From assembly GCA_902617955.1 (NCBI GenBank), contig CACMYW010000001.1, forward strand, positions 15,627-79,626: a DNA stretch of 64,000 nucleotides, given 5' to 3'. The position numbers and the translations under genes are program-made. Below are positions 37,981-47,522 of this stretch, one piece after another; position 1 is the stretch's first letter; each line of letters begins with the position of its first letter. The notes beneath the pieces were generated by a model. That model was not told where the DNA came from, searched no databases, and was given only the letters and a program-made list of their open reading frames with translations. Source of the stretch: an uncultured SAR86 cluster bacterium (GTDB lineage Bacteria > Pseudomonadota > Gammaproteobacteria > Magnimaribacterales > D2472).

Positions 37981-39386
37981 TCTTCTTCCCTCATGTTTTT
38001 TAAAATATCTACTTCACTTGATGTTACAACTTTTCTTTTTCCTTGCAAATCCTCAATGTATATAACTGCTTTCTCAGCATCTAATTGATCAAATAAAACT
38101 GTGTAACCGATGACATGCCCATCTCCAGACTCAAAAGCAGACATTTCTTTTGGAAGATCAATTTTTTCAGCCTCCTCAGTAGTATCCAAATGTGTGAACT
38201 CATCTAATTTAATTCCTGACCAAAGGCCAAAAGCCTGTTTTGTCATCATCCCTGAGACACCTGTTATTAAAGCGATATTATCTGGATTCTCTCGCAATAG
38301 AAGTAACGCCTGTACTGTGGCGTGAAGCATGTAGTTATTCAGAGGTCCACCAGCAAATGGCATTCCTCCGGTAATAGTTTTTGGTATTGAGGGATCTAGT
38401 TCAAGGACGTTTTCACATTGTTGGATAGCAACTGGGAAACAGCTATACAGGTCAACGATTGATGGGAGCTTCCCGTAATTTGAAATCTTTTTATTTATAT
38501 ATGCTGCAGACAATTCCAATCCAGCAGAACTTACAAAGCTTGGTCTTTCAATAAGAGCGAGCATATGGTTAGTTTCAGATGAAGCCAGTGGATATGATCT
38601 TTTATTTTTTGGGATCTTTAATTTATCAGCTATCTCTTCATCAACAATAATCATCGCGGACGCCTGATTAACATTCCATGAGGTGTTATGCAATTTGTTG
38701 TATGGGTATGCAATTGGTTTATTTTTTGAAGAGGGCTCACTAATTTCGTTAGGCTGATACTCTTTTTGATTCCATGCATGAGGATTTTTTGCAGCAATCT
38801 GAGAAAAATCTGCATACATATTTGATAGATAATATTCATGTTCCTTTAAAGAGTGATCTTTGTGAAATCTCATAGCACTCTCAAGAACCGCATAATAACC
38901 AACAGCCATCAATCCAAGTGCTTCAGCTTCTTGTGGTCCATACAAATCATCTTTTGCTTTAACGTACATATCTGGATTTGTGTTTAGCTCCAGCTCTTTG
39001 AAGTCTTTTTTTTCCTTTAAAGCAGCAATCATTTTTGCTCTAGATTCACCACCAAGAATAAGGCCACCACGGATTTCACCATTTTGAATTCTTAGCGCAG
39101 CAGAATTTATGAGGTGTTGTTGTAAAACCCCGATCTTATTAACACTTGTTTTTGCATGCTGAAAACCATGCTTTTCTCCAATCCACTTACCTGGATCTCT
39201 ATATGCCCAAAAACCCTTGGGTATGTCAATAATGTCAATGTAGTCAGTAATTTTTGGGTTGCCACAATCCTCAATAGCAGATACCGTAGCTTCTTCCATC
39301 AAAATTAATGCTTCATCCAGCTCATCATATGCTCCATGTTGTTGGATTATTCCGAGACCAACAACGACAGGTGTTTTTTTACTCAT
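37932..39386 (-). CDS. Thiolase-fold protein lacking the catalytic cysteines, with an extra C-terminal domain
   Basis: 484 aa with thiolase/SCP2-thiolase-like blocks (VDLYSCF, TGGMPFAGGPLNNY). There are only three Cys in total, none between residues 42 and ~315 where the nucleophile sits, and no C-terminal CxGGG. Confidence 0.55.
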   Translation of the reverse strand: MSKKTPVVVGLGIIQQHGAYDELDEALILMEEATVSAIEDCGNPKITDYIDIIDIPKGFWAYRDPGKWIGEKHGFQHAKTSVNKIGVLQQHLINSAALRIQNGEIRGGLILGGESRAKMIAALKEKKDFKELELNTNPDMYVKAKDDLYGPQEAEALGLMAVGYYAVLESAMRFHKDHSLKEHEYYLSNMYADFSQIAAKNPHAWNQKEYQPNEISEPSSKNKPIAYPYNKLHNTSWNVNQASAMIIVDEEIADKLKIPKNKRSYPLASSETNHMLALIERPSFVSSAGLELSAAYINKKISNYGKLPSIVDLYSCFPVAIQQCENVLELDPSIPKTITGGMPFAGGPLNNYMLHATVQALLLLRENPDNIALITGVSGMMTKQAFGLWSGIKLDEFTHLDTTEEAEKIDLPKEMSAFESGDGHVIGYTVLFDQLDAEKAVIYIEDLQGKRKVVTSSEVDILKNMREEEWVGKAIKYKDSVLVS

Positions 39387-39477
39387 AAGTTCAAGAGATT
39401 AATTTAGCGAAGATATCTTGAAATGCTCTGTATAGCAACTAGCCATAAAACAATTTAGAATAGCCAATCTAAATATT

Positions 39478-39553
<76 letters not shown>

Positions 39554-39584
39554 AAATTATTAACAAAGAATATAATTGTTAAAA

Positions 39585-40403
39585 ATGCGTATTAAGTTAA
39601 ATAATGCTTTTATTGCACTAAGTCTAATCTTTGCAACTTCTGTTTCTTCAGAGAATCTAATTCCAAACATTAAATCTACAAAATCAAATGATATTAAATC
39701 TGTAATGTTTGTGGGGCACAGTTTTTTTTATTACAACAACAGCCTCCATAACCAACTTGGAAAACTAATTAAGGCTGATCCACAAATAGGCGATATCAAA
39801 AGGCGCTCAATTACTATCAATGGGTCTTCATTGTCTTGGCATAATGTTGAGAGTTATTTAAGTAACGAAAATATCGGCAGTTTTAAAATCGATGCCAACA
39901 AAGACAACTCGTACATCGAATATGATGAGACCTCTGTAGATGCAGTAATAATGGCTGATTGCAGTCTTTGCCCAATTCACCCAAAGACTAAAGAAGCCTT
40001 CTATAGTTACGTTGTAAAACATTCAAAAACTATTAGAAAAAATAAAGCAGAGCCCATACTTTTTATGACCTGGGGCTATAAAAATAAACCAACAATGTAT
40101 AAAAAACTTAAAAAAGAATTTTTAAAAGTAGCGAATTTAAATAATCTACTTCTTATTCCAGCTGGAGAAGCATTTGATCTTGGAAATAAGTCTCATCCCG
40201 AAATTAATTTATACACCAGTGATAACAGGCACCCTTCAGAAGAGGGCACCTACCTTGCCGCAAGTGTTGTATTTGCGACCCTCTTTGGACGCAGCACCGA
40301 AGGTAATAGAGGAGTTGGTAATATCGAGCCATCCGTTGCAATCAAACTTCAGAGGATAGCCGACAAAACAGTTTCTGAATTTTTTAATATACAATTAAAA
40401 TGA
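39585..40403 (+). CDS. SGNH/GDSL-like hydrolase (DUF4886-like), secreted
   Basis: I prefer the ATG at 39585 (signal peptide MRIKLNNAFIALSLIFATSVSS). Block I-like FVGHSFFYYNN and C-terminal DNRHPSEEGTYLAA. Confidence 0.55.
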   Translation: MRIKLNNAFIALSLIFATSVSSENLIPNIKSTKSNDIKSVMFVGHSFFYYNNSLHNQLGKLIKADPQIGDIKRRSITINGSSLSWHNVESYLSNENIGSFKIDANKDNSYIEYDETSVDAVIMADCSLCPIHPKTKEAFYSYVVKHSKTIRKNKAEPILFMTWGYKNKPTMYKKLKKEFLKVANLNNLLLIPAGEAFDLGNKSHPEINLYTSDNRHPSEEGTYLAASVVFATLFGRSTEGNRGVGNIEPSVAIKLQRIADKTVSEFFNIQLK

Positions 40404-40407
40404 AATA

Positions 40408-41493
40408 ATGATCATCGGGGTTCCTAAAGAGGTTAAAAATAATGAATACAGGGTCGGCTTAACTCCTGAATCGAGTATGGCTCTTTGCAAAGAGGGGCAT
40501 CAGGTATTAATTCAATCAGATGCTGGCAGCTCAATTGGTTTCAGTAATCAAGATTATATTAATTCAGGGGCCAAAGTAATTGATGAAGCCGAGGAAGTAT
40601 TTAATAAATCAAATCTCATCATTAAAGTTAAAGAACCTATTGAGCAAGAATTGGATTATCTTCGGGAGGACTTGACGTTGTTCACTTATCTTCATCTTGC
40701 TGGAAATCCCGAAAGTGCAAAAAAGATCGTAAGTACTGGCGTTACTGGTATCGCTTATGAGACTGTAACTGACGAGAACAATGCTTTGCCATTACTGGCC
40801 CCCATGAGCGAAATCGCAGGGCAAATTAGTATAGTAGTAGGCTCATATAATTTACTTAAGCACAATCATGGAAAAGGGGTTTTGCTTGGATCATTTCAAA
40901 GTTTAGATTCGAGAGTTGTTACCGTAATCGGTGGGGGAGTCGCTGGCGCCCAAGCCATTGAGAAGGCAATGGATAATAAGGCTATTGTAAATGTGATTGA
41001 TTTATCCATGGATAAATTGAATTCCCTAAAGGCAAAATACGGCGAAGATAATATTAATTACATTCAATCATCTTCTGAAGCTATTTTTGAAAGCATTAAA
41101 AAATCTGATTTAGTGGTGGGATCGGTGTATGTGATTGGAAAAGAAGCTCCCAAGATTATAACTAGGGAAATGATTCGTGAAATGTCACCAGGAACTGTAA
41201 TGGTAGATATTTCTATTGATCAAGGTGGGTGCTTTGAGACCAGCAAACCGACTACTCATGATGAGCCTACATTCCTAGTAGATGATGTTGTTCATTATTG
41301 CGTTACTAATATGCCAGGTGCAGTCCCTTTAACTGCTTCACTTGCTTTAAATAAGGCAACTTTGCCTTACATAAAATTGCTAGCAAATTTAGGCGTTAAA
41401 GAGGCTTTAAATCAAAATGCAGGTTTGAAGAATGGTCTCAACATTTCACAAGGTGAAATCAAGCACCAAGCAGTAAATGAAGCATTAAGTTGA
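40408..41493 (+). CDS. ald: Alanine dehydrogenase
   Basis: MIIGVPKEVKNNEYRVGLTP N-terminus and NAD-binding VIGGGVAG. Confidence 0.92.
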   Translation: MIIGVPKEVKNNEYRVGLTPESSMALCKEGHQVLIQSDAGSSIGFSNQDYINSGAKVIDEAEEVFNKSNLIIKVKEPIEQELDYLREDLTLFTYLHLAGNPESAKKIVSTGVTGIAYETVTDENNALPLLAPMSEIAGQISIVVGSYNLLKHNHGKGVLLGSFQSLDSRVVTVIGGGVAGAQAIEKAMDNKAIVNVIDLSMDKLNSLKAKYGEDNINYIQSSSEAIFESIKKSDLVVGSVYVIGKEAPKIITREMIREMSPGTVMVDISIDQGGCFETSKPTTHDEPTFLVDDVVHYCVTNMPGAVPLTASLALNKATLPYIKLLANLGVKEALNQNAGLKNGLNISQGEIKHQAVNEALS

Positions 41494-41494
41494 G

Positions 41495-43621
41495 TTAAAT
41501 AATTTCCTTTACGGCTATCCTAGCATCAGATATTGCTCCCTCGATGTAACCGACTGAGGTGCAATCTCCTACCATAGAAACATTAAAATTATTTTCTCTA
41601 AGCTCTTCAGCAAACTCAGTATTGGACTCAGTTCCCATAGCTATAATGACCTGATTTGCTTTTACTGATTGAGAAGTTCCATCAAGCTCAAAATTTACAT
41701 CAGAGTTAGAGATTTTAATGTCTTTTGCGTTCTTAATTATCTTAACTCCATGAGATTTAAGAAGATGAATTACTCGAGATCTTCTAACAATACTTAAATT
41801 AGGACCTAAGTCATTACTTGGCTCTAAGACAGTAATCTTTTTACCTCTTTCAGTTAGAAATTCCGCTAGTTCTAAACCAACCAGATCGCCACCAATAATG
41901 ACAAGCTCTTTTTTAAGGGGCATCCAAAATTTACTAAGGACTCTTAAGGTGGATATATTTCTTAAGAGTTGAGAAAGATTGCCAGCTTTTAAGATTAGCC
42001 TTGAAAGGAAATTTAGTTTTTTTTCAGCTTCACTGTTACTTGAAATTAATAAGGACTTTAACTCCTCTCCATCAAAGACATGCCCTAATTCTTTTCCAGG
42101 AATTTGTGGTGCAGTTCTTTTGGCTCCGGTTGCAAAAAGCACATGATCAGGAGAAATCTTTTTTAATACTTCTAGATTTGCTTTAGTTCTAGTTTTTATT
42201 TTTATTCCAAGATGTTTAAGACTATTTTTTAAATAAGTAATCAATGCTTGATTGGGTTCATATGCAAGTGAGGCAACTCTTAAAGTGCCACCAATATCTT
42301 TTTCCTTTTCTAATACTGTAACTGCATGGCCTCGTTCACCAAGAATTCTTGCAGACTCCATGCCTGCAGGTCCTGAACCAATAACTACAATGTTTTTCTT
42401 TTTGTTAGATTTTGAATATAAATCTTTATCTTCAAATTCTTTACCCATTGAGGCATTGACAGAGCAACACATAGGCTGATTTATAAAAATTTTGCTTACG
42501 CAAACGTAACAATAAATACAGGGTCTAATCAGCGACTCCTGATTGTCTAGCAGCTTTTGGGGAAGAAACGGATCAGCAAGAAGTTTTCGTCCCATCACAA
42601 CAAAATCAAAATCATTATTTTTTATGCCCAATTCAGCTACATCTAGATTGATTCTTCCAACAGCCAAGATGGGAATTGAGCATTGAGCTTTAGCAAGTTT
42701 AGCGAATTTTATGAATCCACCAGGTTCATGAACAAGAGGAGCCTCCGTAAAGGCAATTCCTTTAGCCGGATTTCCGTAAGCACTAATATCAAGAGCATCT
42801 GCCCCGGCTTCCTCAGCAAGTTTTATGGTAACGAGAAAATCATCAGTTGAGATTCCACCTTCAACTCTGTATTCAAATGCATCAAGACGAACAATTACCG
42901 GAATAGAACTAGGAATGGACGATTTAATATTTGAAATTATCTCTACCAATAATCTTGCTCTATTTTCTGCGCTTCCTCCATACTCGTCCGTTCGCCTGTT
43001 AACTGCAGGAGATAAAAAGCTAGAGATTAGATAACCGTGTCCCGCATGAATTTCAATGGCATCAAAACCTGACTCGACTGCTCTTTTGGCCGCGGAAACA
43101 AAGTGTTTAATCTCGTCTTTAATTTCTTCAGTTGTAAGTTCGTGATATCTTGGGCCTTTTCCATCTGGACCTGCGGCTTTAATGAAGTTCATTATTTCTG
43201 ATTCAGTCAGGAGCCCAAACATGTCACTTGGATGCATTTTGGGGATGGATGGAACTGGAATTTCACGACCCGCAACAACATCTTCCTGAGAAATTTTTCC
43301 ACTATGATTTAGTTGTGCAGCAATTTTGGCACCGTGTTGTTGAACTCTTGATGTAAGGTCTTGTAAGTCTGGAATGAAACTATCCTCAGAATACCCAATC
43401 ATATTAGGCATTGAGGATCCCGCAGGCCAACTTACCGCAGAGGTCTCTAAGATAATTAATCCTACACCTCCTTTAGCTCTTTCCTCGTAATAAGCCTTTA
43501 ATCTTTCGCTTGCATGACCATCTTTTGAAGCGAAATTGGATCCCATCGGGGCCATCACAATTTTATTTTTTAATTGCATATCTCCAATGGAGGAGCTTTC
43601 AAGAAGGTTTGTATATTGCAT
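41495..43621 (-). CDS. OYE-type NADH:flavin oxidoreductase fused to an FAD/NAD(P)-binding domain (2,4-dienoyl-CoA / 2-enoate reductase family)
   Basis: 708 aa. N-terminal OYE TIM barrel (KNKIVMAPMGS, HAGHGYL), Cys cluster CIYCYVC...CC, then Rossmann motifs VIGSGPAGME and IIGGDLVGLE. Confidence 0.8.
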   Translation of the reverse strand: MQYTNLLESSSIGDMQLKNKIVMAPMGSNFASKDGHASERLKAYYEERAKGGVGLIILETSAVSWPAGSSMPNMIGYSEDSFIPDLQDLTSRVQQHGAKIAAQLNHSGKISQEDVVAGREIPVPSIPKMHPSDMFGLLTESEIMNFIKAAGPDGKGPRYHELTTEEIKDEIKHFVSAAKRAVESGFDAIEIHAGHGYLISSFLSPAVNRRTDEYGGSAENRARLLVEIISNIKSSIPSSIPVIVRLDAFEYRVEGGISTDDFLVTIKLAEEAGADALDISAYGNPAKGIAFTEAPLVHEPGGFIKFAKLAKAQCSIPILAVGRINLDVAELGIKNNDFDFVVMGRKLLADPFLPQKLLDNQESLIRPCIYCYVCVSKIFINQPMCCSVNASMGKEFEDKDLYSKSNKKKNIVVIGSGPAGMESARILGERGHAVTVLEKEKDIGGTLRVASLAYEPNQALITYLKNSLKHLGIKIKTRTKANLEVLKKISPDHVLFATGAKRTAPQIPGKELGHVFDGEELKSLLISSNSEAEKKLNFLSRLILKAGNLSQLLRNISTLRVLSKFWMPLKKELVIIGGDLVGLELAEFLTERGKKITVLEPSNDLGPNLSIVRRSRVIHLLKSHGVKIIKNAKDIKISNSDVNFELDGTSQSVKANQVIIAMGTESNTEFAEELRENNFNVSMVGDCTSVGYIEGAISDARIAVKEII

Positions 43622-43683
43622 ATCTTTTTACTTAGTGCATGAAAAATTATAGCCTATAGGACTAACTATTTAGGACAACTATT

Positions 43684-44229
43684 ATGGAAGATTTAAACAA
43701 AGAAATAAGAGCATTAATCGATAAAGAAGCGATTAGAGAACTCGTAAATCTTTATTGTCAGGCAGCTGATAGGCACGATCATGAACTCATGCGATCTTTA
43801 TATCATGAAGATGCTGAGGATGATCACGGTTCATTTTTTAGAGGTAAAGCTATGGAGTTCATTGATATGCTTCCAGAGATCCAAAGCAATATGGCAATCC
43901 TTCATCACAATGTAACATCCCACAACATTAAGTTAAACGGTAACAAGGCAGAAGGAGAAACTTATATTATTGCTTTCCACAAAGTAAAGGATGAAGCTCA
44001 AGGCCATGATGTTCTCATTGGTGGGAGATATTTTGATAAATATGAAAAAAGAAAAGGGGTTTGGAAGTTTTCTAAAAGGGTGGTGGATGCAGATTGGGTT
44101 TATGTAAACGAACCCTCAGAAGTTAATCTTGAACATCCGATGATTCAAGGAGCAAATATTGGAACCTCAGACCCGACAGATCCTTTGTATTTGCATTTAA
44201 AAAGCTTTAAGAGAGGACTTAGGACTTAA
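43684..44229 (+). CDS. SnoaL-like / NTF2-fold protein
   Basis: LIDKEAIRELVNLYCQAADRHD... is typical of the SnoaL_4 / ring-hydroxylating dioxygenase beta-like fold. Confidence 0.6.
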   Translation: MEDLNKEIRALIDKEAIRELVNLYCQAADRHDHELMRSLYHEDAEDDHGSFFRGKAMEFIDMLPEIQSNMAILHHNVTSHNIKLNGNKAEGETYIIAFHKVKDEAQGHDVLIGGRYFDKYEKRKGVWKFSKRVVDADWVYVNEPSEVNLEHPMIQGANIGTSDPTDPLYLHLKSFKRGLRT

Positions 44230-44807
44230 ATTAAGTTAGTTAGCTCTCTAAAGTGTTTTCTGCAATAAACTTTGTACGTATCATTTCCACCAATCTGTAT
44301 TTTTTTACCTGCAGTAATCACCTTGCCGGATTCATCCAGTCGAACCACCATGGTTGCTTTTCTTCCGCAGTCACATACAGTTTTTAACTCGATGAGATTA
44401 TCTGCAAGTGCAAGCAATTCCGAGCTACCCTCAAAAAGCTCTCCTCTGAAATCTGTTCTGATTCCATAACACATCGATGGGATATTAAGAGTATCGCTTA
44501 TCTTGCAAATTTGCCTAACCTGATCTTTTGTTAGAAATTGAACTTCATCAATCAATATTGCATCAACCTTTTTTTTGTTTTTAAAGTTCTGAACATACTC
44601 AAAAAAATTAAAACTTGTGTCTACTGAGATTGCATCGGCAATCAGGCCAATTCTAGAGTGAATCTTATTTTTATTTGCATCTGCATCTACTTTAGGAAGA
44701 AATAGCAATGTATCCATGCCTCTTTCATTGTAGTTATAGTTTGATTGAAGTAGGGCAGTAGATTTACCCGCATTCATGGTTGAATAAAAGAAATGAACTT
44801 TTGCCAA
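44226..44807 (-). CDS. tdk: Thymidine kinase
   Basis: P-loop MNAGKST and zinc ribbon CDCGRK...CRKH. The TTG start is supported by alignment of MAKVHFFYSTMNAGKST with the E. coli Tdk N-terminus. Confidence 0.92.
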   Translation of the reverse strand: MAKVHFFYSTMNAGKSTALLQSNYNYNERGMDTLLFLPKVDADANKNKIHSRIGLIADAISVDTSFNFFEYVQNFKNKKKVDAILIDEVQFLTKDQVRQICKISDTLNIPSMCYGIRTDFRGELFEGSSELLALADNLIELKTVCDCGRKATMVVRLDESGKVITAGKKIQIGGNDTYKVYCRKHFRELTNLI

Positions 44808-44810
44808 GGT

Positions 44811-45815
44811 TTATGCAGTATCTGGAATCTCAGAGTAAAACTGACTCACCCATTTTCTAAATTTATTTATCGGTCCATCTCCATCACACAGAATTGGATT
44901 TGCTACATAGCTCTTGTTATCCCATATTGGCATATCATCCAAGACTCCATTCGCAATCCCATCAATGATTGCCATACCAACCTCATCTTCAATATCTTTT
45001 GAGACTCGCATTGACCACCTCAAAATTGAATTTTTATTATCAACAGGACATGAGGCATTAACCATTATGAATTCACCGCCACTTGGAGGTAAATTCACCA
45101 TGCGCAGACCTACACAACCTAAACCCCAGGACTCTCTTGTAAAGGTTGTTGTAAACATGCCTTGGTCCTCAACTTTAAACTCCTCAGAGACGCTATCATT
45201 GTTTGGATCCATTAAAGTCTCCGCAATAGTTTTTCGATAAATACCATCTACAATTGCCTCAGTTTCAGGGAGAGATGGAGAGCCATGTACTTTTGGAAAG
45301 TGTGCTTGATCCACATCATTTTCTGCAATTTCCTGCAAAACGGTATTAATTTTATACTCGTAGTTGTAAACCTTTCCCCATTTGTCATCATCACCATTAA
45401 ACCCATCAAGCATCGGCAACTCAAAGTAAGGTTCTTCTTTAAGTAGATGGTGCCACGCCCAAATAAAACCATTTGCTTCTTTGGTAGGGTAATGATAAAT
45501 CTGTGTTTCTTTAGCTTTTGGGGGAAAATTTTTTGCATACGGTATCTCTGCGCAAGTCCCATCTTTGTTCCAACGCCATGCATGAAAAGGACATTCTATG
45601 GTTTCACCTTTGACACATCCACCTTCGCCTAGATGAGCACCCAAATGAGGGCAAAAAGCATCTAGCACAGTAGCCTCACCACTTTCGGTTCTAAAGGCAA
45701 CTACTTGATTATCACAAAACTTTAATGATTTAACTTCACCAGGCTTAATTTCATCAGATCGACTAATGCAAAACCAACCATTTGGCATTGGGAATGGAAA
45801 TTCTTGTTTAGGCAT
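44811..45815 (-). CDS. Rieske [2Fe-2S] non-haem iron oxygenase, KshA-like
   Basis: Rieske motif CPHLGAHL-x17-CPFHAWRW. At 334 aa it is the size of single-subunit KshA/Tic55-type oxygenases. SD AAAGGA. Confidence 0.8.
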   Translation of the reverse strand: MPKQEFPFPMPNGWFCISRSDEIKPGEVKSLKFCDNQVVAFRTESGEATVLDAFCPHLGAHLGEGGCVKGETIECPFHAWRWNKDGTCAEIPYAKNFPPKAKETQIYHYPTKEANGFIWAWHHLLKEEPYFELPMLDGFNGDDDKWGKVYNYEYKINTVLQEIAENDVDQAHFPKVHGSPSLPETEAIVDGIYRKTIAETLMDPNNDSVSEEFKVEDQGMFTTTFTRESWGLGCVGLRMVNLPPSGGEFIMVNASCPVDNKNSILRWSMRVSKDIEDEVGMAIIDGIANGVLDDMPIWDNKSYVANPILCDGDGPINKFRKWVSQFYSEIPDTA

Positions 45816-45874
45816 ATTTAAATTCCTTTAAATTATTGGTTATGATATCAGTTAAACCTAAAAGGATAAAAGAT

Positions 45875-46639
45875 ATGGCAACATTAAGATATGTAAAAAC
45901 ACCGGCTGAACTTCAAGAAGCAGCTGAAAATAACTTAGAGTTCTTTGATGCAACAATGCAAGCTGTAAAAGTTTTTTATAAAACTACACCAGGCCTCATT
46001 GAACAACTGATCCCAGCACCTTTATCTGTTGCTGATGATCCATTCGTAAGAATTGTTATGTCTCGAGTATTTGTTGATCTGCACGATGGTCTTGAGTTTG
46101 GTGCCGCAACCTTTGGAGTTAACTGTAAATATAAAGATATTGAAGGAATTTATGAAATTACAATGCCGATGGAAGGAGAGGGTGTTGTTGTAGGTGGTAG
46201 AGAAACTTACGGTGAACCTAAAAAGATTGCAAACGTTGAAGCAAGTAAAGATGGAGATTCATGTCATGCAAGCGTTGAAAGGCATGGTATTAAATATATT
46301 GAGTTTAATGGAAGTGTAAAAAATGAAGCTGAAACTTCATCATTCACTGATCAAGTTTTTTGTTTTAAAGTCTTTCCGTCATGTGAGCAAAATAAAGTTT
46401 GTGATCAAAATCCACTTCTTGTCAAAATTGATATGCACAGAAAGCAAACGGTTAATTTAAATCTCGATGGTGAGCTTACATTGCGAGAGTCTCCTGTTGA
46501 TCCGGTCGTAGACCTTCCAGTAGAAGAGGTTATATCAATGACATGGGAAGAGGGCTCTTCTTCAAGTAATGCATCAGTGATGGAAGAGGTTGATCCGATG
46601 GGCTACATTCCATTTATGCATTCAAGATACGACGGCTGA
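45875..46639 (+). CDS. Acetoacetate decarboxylase (ADC) family protein
   Basis: Family blocks YKTTPGLIEQLIPAPL and GGRETYGEPKK (catalytic-Lys region). I prefer the ATG at 45875 with SD AAAGGA. Confidence 0.65.
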   Translation: MATLRYVKTPAELQEAAENNLEFFDATMQAVKVFYKTTPGLIEQLIPAPLSVADDPFVRIVMSRVFVDLHDGLEFGAATFGVNCKYKDIEGIYEITMPMEGEGVVVGGRETYGEPKKIANVEASKDGDSCHASVERHGIKYIEFNGSVKNEAETSSFTDQVFCFKVFPSCEQNKVCDQNPLLVKIDMHRKQTVNLNLDGELTLRESPVDPVVDLPVEEVISMTWEEGSSSSNASVMEEVDPMGYIPFMHSRYDG

Positions 46640-46643
46640 TTAA

Positions 46644-47522
46644 ATGTCTAATTTTAAAGAAAAGGTTGCTGTAATTACAGGTGGAGCCTCTGGAGTAGGA
46701 TATGCAATCGGGGCTGCTCTAGCAAAAGAAGGTGCAAAAGTAGTTTTAAGCGATATCGAATCTTCTGCGCTAGAATCTGCAAAAGCTAATTTAGAGAAAG
46801 ATGGCTTAAAAGTGGACATCAAGCAAGCTGATGTTTCCGATCATAACTCAATGGTTGCACTTAATAAATTTGTTACTTCTGAAGTTGGTGATGTTCAAAT
46901 GCTTTTTAATAATGCTGGTGTCGCACCTGCTGAATTGCAATCGATTTGGGATACAAATCCAAATGATTGGAATTGGGCTTACGGGGTCAATGTTATGGGC
47001 ATTGTTCACGGTTTGCAGGCTTTCATACCTGACATGTTAAGTCATGGAAAAGATGCAAATGTAATAAACACTTGTTCTGGTAACGGAGCATTTATCAACT
47101 TGCCAAGTACTCCAATTTATACCTCATCAAAAGCTGCAGTTTCGAGTATAAGTGAGGTTTTAAAACTTCAATTAGATCAATCAGAAAGTAACATAAAAGT
47201 ATCTATCTTATTTCCTGGTCCTCATACTGTTAGAACTAACCTCTTTTCTGCTGAAAGAAATAGGCCTGAGGAGCTGGCCAGAGATCCAAATGCACCTGAG
47301 CACCCAATTTCCTCTGTTGAGGATATGGTTGATATGATGAAATCAATGGGTGTTGAAATGGAAACTACTACTCCCGATGAGGTAGCTGAATTTTGTTTAG
47401 CTGAACTGAAGAAAGGACAGTATTGGATAAATCCTGCAAATGAGAAATCAGAACAAGCTTTCAAAGACAGGGTTGATTCTATCTTAAGCAGGGGTGACTT
47501 ACCTAATCCAAATATTTTTTAG
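46644..47522 (+). CDS. Short-chain dehydrogenase/reductase (SDR)
   Basis: TGGASGVG cofactor motif, NNAG, and catalytic YTSSK. Confidence 0.88.
   Translation: MSNFKEKVAVITGGASGVGYAIGAALAKEGAKVVLSDIESSALESAKANLEKDGLKVDIKQADVSDHNSMVALNKFVTSEVGDVQMLFNNAGVAPAELQSIWDTNPNDWNWAYGVNVMGIVHGLQAFIPDMLSHGKDANVINTCSGNGAFINLPSTPIYTSSKAAVSSISEVLKLQLDQSESNIKVSILFPGPHTVRTNLFSAERNRPEELARDPNAPEHPISSVEDMVDMMKSMGVEMETTTPDEVAEFCLAELKKGQYWINPANEKSEQAFKDRVDSILSRGDLPNPNIF

Noticed and set aside
39408-39417. A 10-bp palindrome AAGATATCTT upstream of the thiolase-like gene, and similar short AT-rich palindromes (e.g. AATTTAAATT near 24230).
   Set aside because: By a rough estimate, perfect 5+5 palindromes are expected dozens of times by chance in 64 kb of AT-rich DNA. 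There is no supporting context.
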